Positions 62,853 to 64,000 of a DNA stretch of 64,000 bases are shown one piece after another (positions within the stretch are counted from its first letter, which is position 1; each line of letters opens with the position of its first letter). The notes beneath the pieces were generated by a model. That model made no database searches, had not been told where the DNA came from, and saw only the letters and a list, made by a program, of their open reading frames with translations. Both the position numbers and the translations under genes were made by a program. This stretch comes from Saccostrea cucullata (Eukaryota), in NCBI RefSeq assembly GCF_032062105.1, contig NW_026928293.1, forward strand, positions 62,001 through 126,000, given 5' to 3'.

Positions 62853-64000
62853 CTCAATTGAGTTTTTTTACGTCTGGGAATCATTTCTATTCCATTGCCA
62901 GATTCTTTTGGAATCTTACTGGGTACAGATGAACTTTTAAAGCACGTGTCAACTTGAAAACTATTGATGTCCTAAAAGATAAGATACATGTAATAATTAA
63001 TATACTGTACCTTGTCAGACGCCAAAGATGGCGATAGTCTAGTTCTGAGGGTTGTCTCGTAAGGATAACCAAACTTCTGAAATATAAAAAAAGTCTTAAA
63101 TATCAATAAAACTTTTTAAAACTGCAATAGGTCAATGCATTGCTGTTTCAATTGCATAATTTTATTAATTTTCAGTTCTTCCTTAATATTTAAATATATC
63201 TTCCTTAATATTTAAATATTCTCATGCTATAGATATTTTATAACAGTATGGGGATATTTTAAATCATTGAGAGAGAGAGATTTAGAATGCTAAGTTCCTA
63301 TGCCACTTTAAATTTCCTTATCCAGTTATCCTCTTCTCCATGTATTAACATGTTCATGTCTGGTATTTTTGACCCCCCTCCCCCGTGCCGGAAGCAGGAA
63401 AGGTTTACGTTGCCAATTGCGACATGAAATGATGTAGAGCTAGGAGAATATATATATTTTTCCCTATATATTCTTATTAAATACAAGATTCTATAACCTG
63501 AAAACAGCTTTTTAACGAAAGAATCGTCTACATATATTATTTCTAGCATTAAAAAAACTTTTAAAATAGTTTTTGGACGGCATATTGTTTTTCACTAGTA
63601 CAATTTTGAGTGAGCTTTTTTTCCTTATAATATTGTTAAAATATATACATGTATTTGATACATTCTCATTCACTTAATATTTGCTTTTTTGGCTACTATT
63701 GAAACTTGGCTGCCAATTCAAGATTTACAATTATTTAATGGCACACAACTGGCGTGTTACACCCAACCCCACTGCACACAACTTTCACTTAAATCTTTTT
63801 CAACATTTGTCTGTAGCCTAAACAAAAAGTAATTTTCTCTATAAATAATTCAATATTAATTCCACTGCTTTCTTCATTAAGCAGTTCTCCACCACCCTCA
63901 CCATTATTCTTTTTATTTACTTTTTAACAGTAACTACGATTATATTTATGTTTTGACCCCCCCCCCCCCAAAAAAAAATCTGTACCCTTATGTAGAGCTA

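Noticed and set aside
62860-63076. Possible minus-strand coding exons (acceptors at 63077 and ~62972)
   Set aside because: The implied intron is only ~36 nt and no consistent frame or recognisable motif emerged; cannot be supported without transcripts.

Overview
AT-rich animal genomic DNA with spliceosomal introns. The repeat landscape (166-180 bp satellite arrays inside Helentron-type elements, tRNA-derived SINEs) suggests a bivalve, probably an oyster (inference). Host genes: the 5' end of PCM1 (-, runs off the left edge), TRAPPC2/sedlin (+, with a U12-type intron and a spliced upstream ORF encoding a 33-aa hydrophobic peptide), a secreted/type-I membrane protein with two EGF repeats (+), a class I SAM methyltransferase (+), an F-box protein (+), and an unrecognised low-complexity protein built from short, mostly phase-0 exons (-). 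The main mobile feature is a ~5.45 kb ISL2EU-type (PIF/Harbinger-related) transposon. It carries two convergent intron-containing genes, a THAP-DDE transposase and a SAP-SWIM-YqaJ exonuclease. The rest is dense, often nested non-autonomous elements. Among them are four sequence-unrelated elements sharing a 'long hairpin + asymmetric inverted repeat' architecture (one as a tandem array with flip/flop loop orientation) and a Helentron-like family carrying a tRNA-like Pol III cassette. The 1.3-6.5 kb region looks partly like an assembly consensus chimera. All gene models were read by eye; no database searches were run.
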